Shown here: piece after piece, positions 63,413 to 64,000 of the stretch | Layout: each line of letters opens with the position of its first letter | Numbering within the stretch: the first letter of the stretch is position 1 | Assembly (NCBI GenBank): GCA_026770705.1 | Contig: JANJGN010000038.1 | Span: forward strand, 7,564,001 to 7,628,000 | Source: Isurus oxyrinchus | Taxonomy: Eukaryota | Direction of reading: 5' to 3' | Length of the DNA stretch: 64,000 nucleotides | The notes under the pieces: generated by a model | The model's input: only the letters and a program-made list of their open reading frames with translations | The model's database searches: none | What the model was told of the DNA's origin: nothing | Made by a program: the position numbers and the translations under genes

Positions 63413-64000
63413 GGTTATAAGAACATGAGAACGAGGAGCAGGAGTTGGCAATTCAGTCCCTCGAGCCTGCCCCGCCATTCAATACGATCATGGCCGATCT
63501 CATTTTGGCCTCAACTCCAATTTCCCCCCTCTCCCCATAACCTTTAAACCCATTACTAATTAAAGATCTGTCTATCTCTTCCTTAAATTTATTCAGCGTC
63601 CCAGCATCAACTGTACTCTGAGGTGGTGAATTCCACAGGTTCACGACATTTTGAGAAAAGTAATTCCTCCTCATCTCTGATTTAACACTACCACCCGTTA
63701 GGCAAAAGCTATGGTCTCCTGTTCTGGAAAGCCCCAGAAAGAGAAACATCCGCTCCATGTCTACTTTGTCTATCCCCGTTAGCATCTTACATACCTCAAT
63801 TAGATCTCCTGTCATCCTTCTAAACTCTAGCGAGTATTGGCCTAAATCTCTCAATCTCTCCTGTTAAGACAAGCCCCGCATCGCTGGAATCAATCGAATG
63901 AACCTCCTCTGAACCACATCCAGTGCAGCTATATCCTTCCTCAAGTAAGTGTGAATCTGTGCACCATACCCCAGGTGCAGTCTCACCAATGCCTTGCCTA
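63413..64000 (-). mobile_element. CR1 LINE 3' end (runs off the window)
   Basis: LGQYSLEFRRMTGDLIEV, RRNYFSQNVVNLWNS; reverse tail 'ataagaacatgagaacgaggagcaggag'. Confidence 0.9.

Noticed and set aside
1-64000. Most short ORFs in the track; CRISPR, rRNA or prokaryotic systems
   Set aside because: The ORFs are fragments or antisense frames of LINE/ERV/Penelope sequence. No repeat-spacer array, rRNA or operon structure was seen, and the DNA is vertebrate.

Overview
This is eukaryotic DNA, very probably from a cartilaginous fish (shark or ray), and it is about three-quarters retroelement by eye. The only host gene is the 3' half of an immunoglobulin heavy-chain gene on the minus strand. It is most likely long-form IgW, although IgNAR cannot be excluded because the upstream exons lie outside the window. 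It has four intact C1-set constant exons (62300-61995, 61905-61588, 58100-57780, 57335-56953), a secretory tailpiece with its polyA signal, and membrane exons TM1 (52124-51967) and TM2 (43707-43699). An ~18.6-kb head-to-tail tandem duplication (15362-34015 and 34016-52549) has copied the whole TM1-TM2-polyA cassette; the distal TM1 carries a +1 frameshift in a homopolymer. The second constant exon has an intron read-through that resembles a second secretory tailpiece. The left 15 kb is a nest of mobile elements. A LINE with a tRNA-like 5' head is interrupted by a decayed two-LTR endogenous retrovirus (2912-14537, minus strand) with a tRNA-Ser PBS, gag/integrase/env remnants and no recognisable RT. 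That retrovirus in turn contains a CR1 LINE and an inverted-repeat Penelope-like element carrying two variant minimal hammerhead-ribozyme motifs. Splice, LTR and junction coordinates were read base by base. Boundaries of old LINE/SINE fragments are approximate, family names come from motif recognition rather than database searches, and identities are by-eye estimates.
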